A stretch of DNA of 64,000 nt, from positions 108,316,001 to 108,380,000 of the forward strand of contig NC_086107.1 in the NCBI RefSeq assembly GCF_963921235.1. The letters run 5' to 3'. Both the position numbers and the translations under genes were made by a program. The notes under the pieces are model-generated. The model did not search any database. It saw only the letters and a program-made list of their open reading frames with translations, and was not told the origin of the DNA. Below are positions 34,101-49,100 of the stretch, in pieces; within the stretch, counting starts at the first letter, position 1; every line of letters begins with the position of its first letter. The DNA comes from Mobula hypostoma (lineage: Eukaryota).

Positions 34101-37100
34101 CTCTCACACTGTACCCCAACACATTCGTCCTTCTCTCAAACTGTATCCCAACACATCCCAGCCTCTCCCACACTGTACCCCAACACATTCCACCCTCTCT
34201 CACACTGTACCCCAACACATCCCACCCTCTCTCACACTGTACCCCAACACACCAACCTTCTCCCACACGGTACCCCAACGCAACCCACCTTCTCTCACAC
34301 TATCCCCCAACACATCCCACCCTCTCCCACACAGTACCCCAACACATCCAACCCTTTCTCAAACTGTACCCCAAAACATCCCACCTTCCCCCACACCGTA
34401 CCCCAACACATCCTGTTCTCACCCACACTATAGCCCAACTCATCCCGCCCTCTCTCACAGTGCCCCCAACACATCCCACCCTCTCACTCACTGTACCCCA
34501 GCAAATCCTACCCTCTTTCACACTGCACCCCAACACATCCCACCGTCTCCAACACTGTACCCCAACATATCCCACCCTCTTCAACACTGTACCCCAACAC
34601 ATCCCACCCTCTGTCACACATTACCCCAACACATCACACCATCTCCCATGCAGAACCCTAATTCATCCCACCCTCTCCCACTCTGTACCCCAACACATCC
34701 CACCCTCTCTCACACTGTACCCCCATACATCCCACCCTCTGTCACACTGTAGTACAACACCACCCACCCTCTCACACACTGTACCCAAACACATCCCACC
34801 CTCTCCCACACTGTACCCCGGCACATCTCACCCTCGCCCACACTGCACCACAAAACATCCCATCCTCTTGCACGCTGTACCCCAACACATCCCGTCCTAA
34901 CCCACACTGTACGCCAACACATCCAACCCTCTCTCACACTGTACCCCAACACATCCCACTCTCTGTCACACAGTACCCCAACACGTCCCATCCTCTCCCA
35001 CTGTACCCCAATACATCCCACCCTCTCTCACACTGTACCCCAGCACATCACTCCCTCCCTCACACAGTACCCCAACAGATCTTGTCCTCACCCACACTAT
35101 ACCACAACACATCCCACCCTCTCCCTCACAGTACCCCAACACATCCCACCCTCTATCACACATTACCGCAACACATCCCACCCTCTCCCACACTCTACCT
35201 CAACACGTCCCACCCTCTCGCACACTGTACCCCAACACATCCCATCCTCTCCAACTGAACCCCAACACATCCCACCCTATGTCACACAGTACCCCAACAC
35301 ATCCCACCCTCTCCCTCACAGTACCCCAACACATCCCACCCTCTATCACACATTACCGCAACACATCCCACCCTCTCCCACACTCTACCTCAACACGTCC
35401 CACCCTCTCGCACACTGTACCCCAACACATCCCATCCTCTCCAACTGAACCCCAACACATCCCACCCTATGTCACACAGTACCCCAACACATCCCACCCT
35501 CTCCTACACAGTACCCCAACACATCCCACTCTCTCTCTCACACTGTACCCCAACAAATCATACCCTCTCTCACACTGTACCCCAACATACCCACCCTCAC
35601 ACACACTGCACACCAACACATCCCAACCACTCTCAAACTGTACCCCAAGAGATCCCACTGACTCCAACAATATACTTCAACACATCCCACCCTCTCTCAC
35701 ACTGTACCCCAACACATCCCACCCTGTGCCACACAGTACCCCAATACATCCCACCCTCTCCACACAGTAACACAATATAACCAACCCTCTGTCACACAGT
35801 ACCCCAACACGTCCCATCCTCTCCCACTGTACCCCAACACATCCCACCCTCTCTCACACTGTACCCCAACACATCCCACCCTCTCCCTCACAGTACCACA
35901 ATACATCGCACCTTCTGTCACACTGCACACCAACACATCCCACCCTATGGAACACTGTACCCCAACACATACCACCCTTTCTCACACTGTATCCCAGCAC
36001 ATCCCTCCCTCTCTCACACAGTACCCCAACACATCCCACCCTCGCACACAGTGTGCCCAAACACATCCCACCGTCTCCCACACTGTACCCCAAAACATCC
36101 CACCCTCGCACACAGTATCCCAACACATCCCACCGTCTCCCACACTGTACCCCAAAACATCACAGGCTGTGTCACACGGTAGTGCAACACATCCGACCCT
36201 CTCTCAAACTGTACCCCAACACATCCCACCCTCTCCCACACATTACCCCAACATATCCCACGCTCTCCCACACTGTACCCCAATATACCCACCTTTGTCA
36301 CACTGTACCCCAACACATCCCACCCTGTCGCACAGTACCCCAATACATCCCACCCTCTCTCACACTGTAACGCAGCACATCACTCCCTCCCTCACACAGT
36401 ACCCCAACAGATCCTGTTTTCACCCACACTATACCCCAACACATCCCACCCTCTCCCTCACAGTACCACAATACATCCCTACGACTGTCACACTGTACCC
36501 CAATACATTGCACCTTCTCACACACTGCACCCCAGCACATCCCTCCCTCTCTCACACAGTACACCAACACATTCGTCCTACTCTCAAACTGTACCCCAAC
36601 ACATCCCAGCCTCTCCCACACTGTACCCCAACACATCCCACCCTCTCCCACACTGTACATCAAGACATCCCACCCTCTCTCACACTATACCCCAACACAT
36701 CCCAACCTCTCTCACAATGAACCCCAACACATCCCACCCTCTCTCACACAGTACCCCAACACATCCCACCCTCGCACACAGTGTGCCCCAATACATCCCA
36801 CCTACTCTCACACTGTACCCCAACACATCCCACCCTCTCCCACACGGTACATCAACAAATCCCACCGTCTCCAACAATGTACCCCAACACATCCCACTCA
36901 CTCCCTCATTGTACCCCAATATATCCCACCCTCTATCACAGAGTACCCCAACACATTCCACAATCTGTCACACAGTACCCCAACACCACCCACTCTCTTT
37001 CACACTGTACCCCAACACATCCCAACTTCTATCACACTGTATCCCAACTCATCCCACCCTCTCCCACACTGTACCCCGACACATCCCACCCTCTCCCACA

Positions 37101-40100
37101 CAGTACCCAAACACATCCCACCCTCTCCCACACAGTACCCCAATACATCCTACCCTATGTCACACTCTAACCAAATACATCCCACAATCTGTCACACAGT
37201 AACCCAACACATCCCACCCTCTCACACAGTGTACCCCAAACATCCCACGCACAACCACACAGTACCCCAATACATCCTAGCCTCTGTCACACTGTACCCC
37301 AATACATCCCACCCTCTCTCACACTTTCCCCAACACATATCACCCTCACCAACACTATACCCCAAAACATCCCACCCTCTGTCACAGAGTACCCCACCAT
37401 GTCCCATCCTCGCGCACTGTACCCCAACACATCCCACCCTCTCTCACACTGTACCCCAACATACCCCACCCTCTCCCACACAGGACCCCAACACATCCAA
37501 CCCTTTCTCAAACTGTACCCCAAAACATCCCACCTTCCCCCACACCGTACCCCAACACATCCTGTTCTCACCCACACTGTAGCCCAACTCATCCCGCCCT
37601 CTCTCACAGTGTCCCCAACACATCCCACCCTCTCACTCACTGTACCCCAGCAAATCCTACCCTCTCTCACACTGCACCCCAACACATCCCACCCTCTCCA
37701 ACACTGTACCCCAATACATCCCACCCTCTGTCATACGGTGCCCCAATACATCCCACCCTCTCCCACACTGTACACCAACACATCCCAACCACTCTCAAAC
37801 TGTACCCCAAGAGATCCCACCGACTCCAACAATATACTTCAACACATCCCACCCTCTCTTACACTGTACCCCAACACATCCCACCCTGTGCCACACAGTA
37901 CCCCAATACATCCCACCCTCTGCACACAGTAACCCAATATAACCAACCCCCTGTCACACAGTACCCCAACACGTCCCATCCTCTCCCACTGTACCCCAAT
38001 ACATTCCACCTTCTGTCACACTGCACACCAACACATCCCACCCTCTGGAACACTGTACCCCAACACATACCACCTTCTGTCACACAGTACCCCAACACAT
38101 CCCACCCTCTCTCACAAGGTACCCCAACACATCCCACCCTCTCTCACACAGTACCCCAACACATCCCACCCTCGCACACAGTGTGCCCCAATACATCCCA
38201 CCTACTCTCACACAGTACCCCAACACATCCCACCGTCTCCCACACTGTACCCCAAAACATCACAGGCTGTGTCACACGGTAGTGCAACACATCCGACCCT
38301 CTCTCAAACTGTAACCGAACACAGCCCAGCCTCTCTCACACTGTACCCTAACACATCCCACCCTCTCCCACACATTACCCCAACATATCCCACGCTCTCC
38401 CACACTGTACCCCAATATATCCCACCTTTGTCACACTGTACCCCAACACATCCCACCCTGTCGCACAGTACCCCAATACATCCCACCCTCTCTCACACTG
38501 TAACGCAGCACATCACTCCCTCCCTCACACAGTACCCCAACAGATCCTGTCCTCACCCACACTATACCCCAACACATCCCACCCTCTCCCTCACAGTACC
38601 ACAATACATCCCTACGACTGGCACACTGTACCCCAATACATTGCACCTTCTCACACTGTACCCCAACACATCCCACCCCCTCACACACTGCACCCCAACA
38701 CATACCACCCTCTCACACACTGCACCCCAACACATCCCTCCCTCTCTCACACAGTACACCAACACATTCGTCCTACTCTCAAACTGTACCCCAACACATC
38801 CCAGCCTCTCCCACACTGTACCCCAACACATCCCACCCTCTCCCACACATTACCCCAACATATCCCACGCTCTCCCACACTGTACCCCAATATATCCCAA
38901 CTTTGTCACACTGTACCCCAACACATCCCACCATCTCTCACACTGTACCCCAACACATCTCGCCCTCTCACACACTGTACCGCAACACATCCCATCCTCA
39001 CTCACACAATACCCCAACACATCCCCGTCTGTCTCACACTGTACCCCAACACATCCCACCCTCTCCTACACGGTACCCCAATGCATCCTACCTTCTGTCA
39101 CACTATACCCCAACACATCCTGTCCTCTCTCAGAGTGTACCCCAACACATCACACCCTCGCTCACACTATAACCCAACACATCACACCCTCTCACACACT
39201 GGACCACAACACACCCCACCCTCCGTCACACTGTACCCCAACACATCCCATCCTCTCTCACGCAGTACCCCAACACATCCAACCTGTCTCAAACTGTACC
39301 CCAACACATCCCACTCTCTCTCACACTCTACGACAACACATCCCACCTTATCCCAAAAAGTACCCCAATACATCCCACCCTCTCCCACACTGTACACCAA
39401 CACATCCCAACCACTCTCAAACTGTACCCCAACACATCCCACCCACTCCAACACAGTACCCCAACATATCCCACCCTCTCTCCCACAGTACCCCAAGAGA
39501 TCCCACCAACTCCAACAATATACCCCAACACATCCCACCCTCTCCAACACTGTACCCCAACATAACCTACCCTCTCTCACACAGTACCCCAACACATCCC
39601 ACCCTCTCTCACACTGTACACGAACACATCCCAACCACTCCCACACTGTACCCCAACAAATCCCACCCTCTCTCAAACTGTACCCCAACACATCCCACCC
39701 TGTCCAACACTGTACCCCAACATATCCCACCCTCTCTCCCATAGTACCCCAACACATCCCACCCTGTGCCACACAGTACCTCAATACATCCCACCCTCTC
39801 CACACAGTAACCCAATATAACCAACCCCCTGTCACACATGACCCCAACACGTCCCATCCTCTCCCACTGTACCCCAATACATCCCACCTTCTGTCACACT
39901 TTACCCCAACACATACCACCCTTTCTCACACTGTATCCCAGCACATCCCTCCCTCTGTCACACAGTACCCCAACACATCCCACCCTCTCTCACACTGTAC
40001 CCCAACACATCCCATCCTCTCTCACGCAGTACCCCAACACATCCAACCTGTCTCAAACTGTACCCCAACACATCCCACTCTCTCTCACACTCTATGACAA

Positions 40101-43100
40101 CACATCCCACCTTCTCCCAAAAAGTACCCCAATACATCCCACCCTCTGTCACACTGTACCCCAACACATCCCACCCTCTCCAACATTGTACCCCAACATA
40201 ACCTACCCTCTCTCACACAGTACCCAACACATCCCACCCTCTCTCACACTATACCCCAACACATCCCACCCTCTCCAACACTGTACCCCAACACATCCCA
40301 CGCTCTCTCACACTGTTCCCCAACACATCCCACCCTCTCTCATACATTACCGCAACACATCCCACCCTCTCTCACACTGTACCCCCATACATCCCACCCT
40401 CTGTCACACTGTAGTACAACACCACCCACCCTCTCACACACTGTACCCAAACACATCCCACCCTCTCCCACACTGTACCCCGGCACATCTCACCCTCGCC
40501 CACACTGCACCACAAAACATCCCACCCTCTTGCACGCTGTACCCGAACACATCTCGTCCTAACCCACACTGTACCCCAACACATCCCACCCTCTGCACAC
40601 AGTAACCCAATACATCCCACTCTCTGTCACACAGTACCCCAACACGTCCCATCCTCTCCCACTGTACCACAATACATCCCACCCTCTATCACACATTACC
40701 GCAACACATCCCACCCTCTCCCACACTCTACCTCAACACGTCCCACCCTCTCGCACACTGTACCCCAACACATCCCATCCTCTCCAACTGAACCCCAACA
40801 CATCCCACCCTATGTCACACAGTACCCCAACACATCCCACCCTCTCCCACACAGTAGCCCAACACATCCCACTCTCTCTCACACTGTACCCCAACAAATC
40901 ATACCCTCTCTCACACTATACCCCAACATACCCACCCTCTCACACACTGTACCCAACACATCCCACCCTCTCCCACACGGTACCCCAACACATCCCACCG
41001 TCTCCCACACAGTACCCCAACACATCCCACCCTCTCCAACACTGTACCCCAATACATCCCACCCTCTCACACACTGTACCACAATACATCCCACCCTCTC
41101 ACACACTGTACCACAATACATGACATCCTCTGTCACACTGTACCCCAATACATCCCACCCTCTGTCACACTGTACCACAACATAACCCACCCTCTCCCAC
41201 ACAGTACCCCAACACATCCCACCCTCTCCCACACAGTACACCAACACATCCTGTCCTCTTCCACACTGTACTCCAACACATCCCACGCTCTCTCACACCA
41301 TACCCCAACACATCCTGTTCTCACCCACAGTACCCCAACTCATCCCACCATCTCCCACTCTGGACCCTGATACATCCCATCCTCTCACACACTGCCCCCA
41401 ACACATCTCACCCTCTCCAACACTATTCCCCAACACATCCCACCCTCTCCACACAGTAACCCAACACATCCAACCCTCTGTCACACAGTACCCCAACACG
41501 TCCCATCCTATCCCACTGTACCCCAATACATCCCACCCTCTCTCACACTGTACCCCAGCACATCACTCCCTCCCTCACACAGTACCCCAACACCTCCTGT
41601 CCTCACCCACACTATACCCCAACACATCCCACCCTCTGCCTCACAGTACCACAATACATCCCTACGTCTGTCACACTGTACCCCAATACATTGCACCTTC
41701 TGTCACACTGTACCCCAACACATCCCACCCTCTCACACACTATACCCCAACACATCCCACCCTCTCCCACACTGTACCCCAACACATCCCAACCTCTCTC
41801 ACACTGTACCCCAACACATCCCACGACCTCCCACACTGTACCCCAACACATCCCACTCACTCCCTCATTGTACCCCAATATATCCCACCCTCTATCACAG
41901 AGTACCCCAACACATTCCACAATCTGTCACACAGTACCCGAACACAACCCACGCTCTCTCACACTGTACCCCAACACATCCCAACTTCTATCACACTGTA
42001 CCACAACTCATCCCACCCTCTCCCATACTGTACCCCAATACATCCCACCCTCTCCCACACTGTACTGAAACATATCCCACCCTCACACACAGTGTACCCC
42101 AACACATCCGACAATCTCCCACACAGTACACCAACACATCCCACCGTTTTGAACACTGTACCCCAACACATCCCACCCTCTCTCACACTGTAACTCAACA
42201 CATCCCACCCTCTGTCACACATTACCGCAACACATCCCACCCTCTTCAACACTGTACCCCAAGACATCCTACCCTCTGTCACACATTACAACACATCCCA
42301 CCCTCTCCCACACTGTACCCAAACACATCCCACCATCTCCCATGCAGAACCCTAAATCATCCCACCCTCTCCCACTCTGTAACCCAGCACATACCACCCT
42401 CTCCCACACTGTACCCCAACATAGCCCACCCTCCGTCACACTGTACCCCAACACCTCCCACCCTCTCCCACACTGTACTCCAACACATCCCTACCTCTCC
42501 CACACTGTACCCCAACACATCTCACCCTCTCTCACACTGTACCCCAACACATTCCACCGTCTCCCACACTGTACCCCAAAACATCACACGCTCTGTCACA
42601 CAGTAGTGCAACACATCCGACCCTCTCTCAAACTGTAACCGAACACAGCCCAGCCTCTCTCACACTGTACCCTAACACATCCAACCCTCTACCACACATT
42701 ACCCCAACATATCCCACCCTCTCCCACACTATACCCCAACATATCCCACCCTTTGTCACACTGTACCCCAACACATCCCACCATCTCTCACACAGTAACC
42801 CAACATATCCTACCCTCTCTCACACTCTACGACAACACATCCCACCCTCTCCACACTATACCCCAACACATCCTGTCCTCTCTCAGAGTGTAACCCAACA
42901 CATCACACTCTCTCACACACTGGAACACAACACACCCCACCCTCCGTCACACTGTACCCCAACACATCCCATCCTCTCTCACGCAGTACCCCAACACATC
43001 CCACCTTGTCTCAAACTGTACCCCAATACATCCCACCTTGTCTCAAACTGTACCCCAACACATCCCACTCTCTCTCACACTCTACGACAACACATCCCAC

Positions 43101-46100
43101 CTTCTCCCAAAAAGTACCCCAATACATCCCTCCTCTGTCACACGGTGCCCCAATACATCCCACCCTCTCCCACACTGTACCCCAACATATCCACCCTCTC
43201 TCCCACAGTGCCCCAATACATCCTACCCTCTTTCACACAGTACCCCAACACATCCTGTCTTCACCCACACTGTACCCCAACACATCCCACCCCCTCCCTC
43301 ACAGTACCACAATACGTCCCTACCACTGTCACACAGTACCCCAATACATCCCACCTTCTGTCACACTGTACCAAAACACATCCTACCCTCTCCCACACTA
43401 TACCCCAACACATCCCAGCCTCTCCCACACTGAACACCAACACATCCCAAACTCTCCCACACTGTACCGAAACATATCCCACCCTCGCACACAGTGTACC
43501 CCAACACATCCGACCATCTCCCACACAGTACACCAACACATCCCACCGTTTCGAACACTGTACCCCAACACATCCCACCCTCTGTCACACATTACCGCAA
43601 CACATCCCACCCTCTCCCACACTGTAACCCAACACATCCCACCATCTCCCATGCAGAACCCTAATTCATCCCCCCCTCTCCCACTCTGTATCCCAGCACA
43701 TACGACCCTCTCCCACACATTACCCCAACATCCTCACTCACACAATACTCCAACACACCCCACCCTGTCTGAAACTGTACCCCAACGCATCCCAGCCTCT
43801 CTCACACTGTACCCAAACACATCCCACCCTCTCCTACACGGTACCCCAAGGCATCCTACCTTCTCTCATACTGCACCCTAACACACCCCACCCTCTCTCA
43901 CACTGTACCCCAAAACTTCGCACCCTCTGTCACACTGTACCCAAACACATCCCACACTCTCCTACACTGTACCCCAACAAATCCCTGCCTCTCTCAAACT
44001 GTACCCCAACACATCCCACCCTCTCCAACACTGTACCCCAACAGATCCCACCGACTCCAACAATATACCCCAACACATCCCACCTTCTCTCACACTGTAC
44101 CCCAAAACACCCCACCCTGTCTCACACTGTACCCCAACACACCCCACCCTCTCTCACACTGTATCCCAAAACATCGCACCCTCTGTCACACAGTAACCCA
44201 AGACATCCTACCCTCTCTCACAGTCTACGACAACACATCCCACCCTCTCCCACACTATACCCCAACACATCCTGTCCTCTCTCAGAGCGTACCCCAACAC
44301 ATCACACCCTCTCTCACACTATAACCAAACACATCACACCCTCTCACACACTGGAACACAACACACCCCACCCTCCGTCACACTGTACCCCAACACATCC
44401 CACCCTCTCTCACGCAGTACCCCAACACATCCAACCTGTCTCAAACTGTACCCCAACACATCCCACTCTCTCTCACATAGTACCCCAACATATCCCACCG
44501 TCTTTCACACTCTACGACAACAGATCCCACCTTCTCCCAAAAAGTACCACAATACATCCCACCCTCTGTCACACAGTGCCCCAATACATCCCACCCTCTT
44601 TCACACTGTACCCCAACACATCCTGTCCTCACTCACACTTTACCCCAACACATCACACCCTCTCCCACACTGTACACCAACACATCCCACCCTCTCACAG
44701 ACTGTACCCCAACGCATCCCAGCCTCTCTCACACTGTACTCCAACATATTCCACCCTCTCCTACACTGTACACCAACACATCCCAACCCACACACTGTGC
44801 CCCAACAAAACCCACCCTCTCTCAAACTGTACCCCAACACATCCCACCCTCTGCAACACTGTACCCCAACATGTCACACCCTCTCTCCCACAGTACAACA
44901 GATCCCACCGACTCCAACAATATACCCCAACACATCCCACCCTCTCTCACACTGTACACGAACACATCCCAACCACTCCCACACTGTACCCCAACAAATC
45001 CTACCCTCTCTCAAACTGTACCACAACACATCCCACCCTCTACAACACTGTACCCCAACATATCCCCCCCTCTCTCTCACAGTACCCCAACAGGTCCCAC
45101 CGACTCCAACAATATACCCCAACACATCCCACCCTCTCTCACACAGTACCCCAACACATCCGACCGTCTCTCAAACTGCACCCAAACACATCTCACCCTC
45201 TCTCACACTGTACGCCAACACATCCCACCCTCTGTCACTCATTACTGCAAAACATCTCACCCTCTCCCACACTGTACCCCAACAATTCTAACCTCTCCCA
45301 TATTGTACCCCAACACATCTCACCATCTCCCACGCAGAACCCTAATTCATCCCCCCCCACTCTGTATCCGAGCATATACGACCCACTCAAACACGGTACC
45401 CCAACACATCCCACCCTCCGTCACACTGTACCCCAACACATCCCACCCTCTCCCACACTGTATCCCAACACATCTCACCCTCTCTCACACTGTACCCCAA
45501 CACATCCCACCCTCTGTCACACATTACTGCAACACATCTCACCCTCTCCCACACTGTACCCCAACACATTCAAACCTCTCCCATACTGTACCCCAACACA
45601 TCTCACCATCTCCCACGCAGAACCCCAGTTCATTCCACCCTCTGTCACACAATAGGTCAACACATCCCACCCTCTGTCACACTGTACCCCAACACAACCC
45701 ACCCTCTCACACACTGTACCCCAACACATCCCACCCTCTCTCAAACTGTACCCCAACACATCCAACGCTCTCTCACAGTGTACCCCAACACATCCCTCCC
45801 TCTCCTACACAGTTCCCCAACACATTCTGTTCTCTCTCACAGTGTACCCCAAAACTTTGCACGCTCTCCCACACAATACCCTAATACAACCCACCCTCTG
45901 CTACACTGTACCCCCACACATCCCACCCTCTCCCACACAGTACCCCAACATATCCCACCCTCTCTCACACTGTACCCCAACACAACCCACCCTCTCTCAC
46001 ACTGTACCCCAACACAACCCACCCTCTCTCACACTGTACCCCTAAACATCGCACCCTCTGTCACAGAGTAACCCAACATATCCTACCCTCTCTCACACTC

Positions 46101-49100
46101 TATGACAACACATCCCACCCTCTCCCACACTATATCCCAACACATCCTGTCCTCTCTCAGAGTGTACCCCAACACATCACACCCTCTCTCACACTATAAC
46201 CCAACACATCACACTCTCTCACACACTGGACCACAACACACCCCACCCTCCATCACACTGTACCCCAATACATCCCATCCTCTCTCACGCAGTACCCCAA
46301 CACATCCAACCTGTCTCAAACTGTACCCCAACACATCCCACTCTCTCTCACACTCTACGACAACACATCCCACCTTCTCCCAAAAAGTACCCCAATACAT
46401 TCCTCCTCTGTCACACGGTGCCCCAATACATCCTACCCTCTTTCACACAGTACCCCAACACATCCTGTCCTCACCCACACTTTACCCCAACACATCCCAC
46501 CCCCTCCCTCACAGTACCACAATACATCCCTACCACTGTCACACAGTACCCCAATACATCCCACCTTCTGTCACACTGTACCAAAACACATCCTACCCTC
46601 TCACACACTGTACCCCAACACATCCCACCCTCTCCTACATTGTACTCCAACACATCCCACCCTCTCCCACACTGTACACCAACACATCCCAACCACTCCC
46701 ACACTGTACCCCAACAAATCCCACCCTCTCCAACACTGCACCCCAACATATCCTACCCTCTCTCACACTGTACCCCAACACATCCCACTCTCTCCAACAC
46801 TGTACCACAACACAACCCACCCTCTCCCACACTGTACAACAACACATCCCAACCTCTCCCACACTGTATCCCAACACATCTCACCCTCTCTCACACTGTA
46901 CCCCAATACATCCCACCCTCTTCAACACTGTAACACATCCCACCCTCGCACACAGTGTACCCCAACACATCCCACCTACTCCCACACAGTACCCCAACAC
47001 ATCCTACCGTCTCCCACACTGTACCCCAAAACATTACAGGCTCTGTCACACAGTAGTGTGACAGAGTAGTATCCGACCCTCTCTTAAACTGTAACCGAAC
47101 ACAGCCCAGCGTCTCCCACTCTGTACCTTAACACATCCCACCCTCTCCCACACATTACCCTAACATATCCCATCCTCGCTCACACAATACTCCAACACAC
47201 CCCACCCTGTCTGAAACTGTACCCCAACGCATCCTACCTTCTCTCACACTGTACCATAACACACCCCACCCTCTCTCACACTGTACCCCAAAACATCGCA
47301 CCCTCTGTCACACTGTACCCAAACACATCCCAACCACTCCCACTCTGTACACGAACATATCCCAACCACTCACACACTGTACCCCAACAAATCCCACCCT
47401 CTCTCCCAAAGTACCCCAACAGATCCCACCGTCTCCAACAATATACCACAACACATCACACCCTCTCTCACACTGTACCCCAAAACATCCCACCCTGTCC
47501 AACACTGTACCCCAACATATCCTACCTTCTCTCACACAGTACCCCAACACATCCGACCCTCTCTCAAACTGCACCCAAACACATCCCAGCCTCTCCCACA
47601 CTGAACACCAACACATCCCAAACTCTCCCACACTGTACCGAAACAGATCCCAACCTCTCACACAGTGTACCCCAACACATCCGACCCTCTCTCAAACTGC
47701 ACCCAAACACATCCCAGCCTCTCCCACACTGAACACCAACACATCCCAAACTCTCCCACACTGTACCGAAACATATCCCAACCTCTCACACAGTGTACCC
47801 CAACACATCCGACCATCTCCCACACAGTACACCAACACATCCCACCGTTTCGAACACTGTACCCCAACACATCCCACCCTCTGTCACACATTACCGCAAC
47901 ACATCCCACCCTCCGTCATACTGTACCCCAACACATCCCACCCTCTGTCACACATTACCGCAACACAACCCACCCTCTCCCACACTGTACCCCAACAAAT
48001 CCCACCCTCTCTCAAACTGTACCTCAACACATCCCACCCTCTCCAACACTGTACCCCAACATATCCCACCATCTCTCCCACAGTACCCCAACAGATCCCA
48101 CCGACTCCAACAATATACTCCAACACACCCCACCTTCTCTCACACTGTACCCCAACACACACCACCCTCTCTCACACTGTACCCCAACACACCCCAACCT
48201 CTCTCACACTGTACCCCAAAACATCGCACCCTCTGTCACACAGTAACCCAAGACATCCTACCCTCTCTCACACTCCACGACAACACATCCCACCCTCTCC
48301 CACACTATACCCCAACACATCCTGTCCTCTCTCAGACTGTACCCCACACATCACACCCTCTCTCACACTATAACCCAACACATCACACCCTCTCACACAC
48401 TGGAACACAACACACCCCACCCTCCGTCACACTGTACCCCAACACATCCCATCCTCTCTCACGCAGTACCCCAACACATCCAACCTGTCTCAAACTGTAC
48501 CCCAACACATCGCACTCTCTCTCACACAGTAGCCCAACACATCCCACCCTCTCTCACACTCTACGACAACACATCCCACCTTCTCCCAAAAAGTACCCCA
48601 ATACATCCCACCCTCTGTCACACGGTGCCCCAATACATCCTACCCTCTTTCACACTGTACCCCAACACATCCTGTCCTCACCCACACTTTACCCCAACAC
48701 ATCCCACCCCTCCCTCACAGTACCACAATACATCCCACCTTCTGTCACACTGTACCAAAACACATCCTACCCTCTCACACACTGTACCCAAACACATCCC
48801 AACCACTCCCAGACTGTACCCCAACAAATCCCACCCTCTCTCACACTGTACCCCAAAACATCCCACCCACTCCAACACTGTACCCCAACATATCCGACCC
48901 TCTCTCACACAGTACCCCAACACATCCCACCCTCTCCCACACTGTACACGAACACATCCAAACCACTCACACACTGTGCCCCAACAAATCCCACCCTCTC
49001 TCCCAAAGTACCCCAACAGATCCCACCGACTCCAACAATATACCCCAACACATCCCACCCTCTCTCACACTGTACCCCAACACATCCCACCTTCTCCAAC

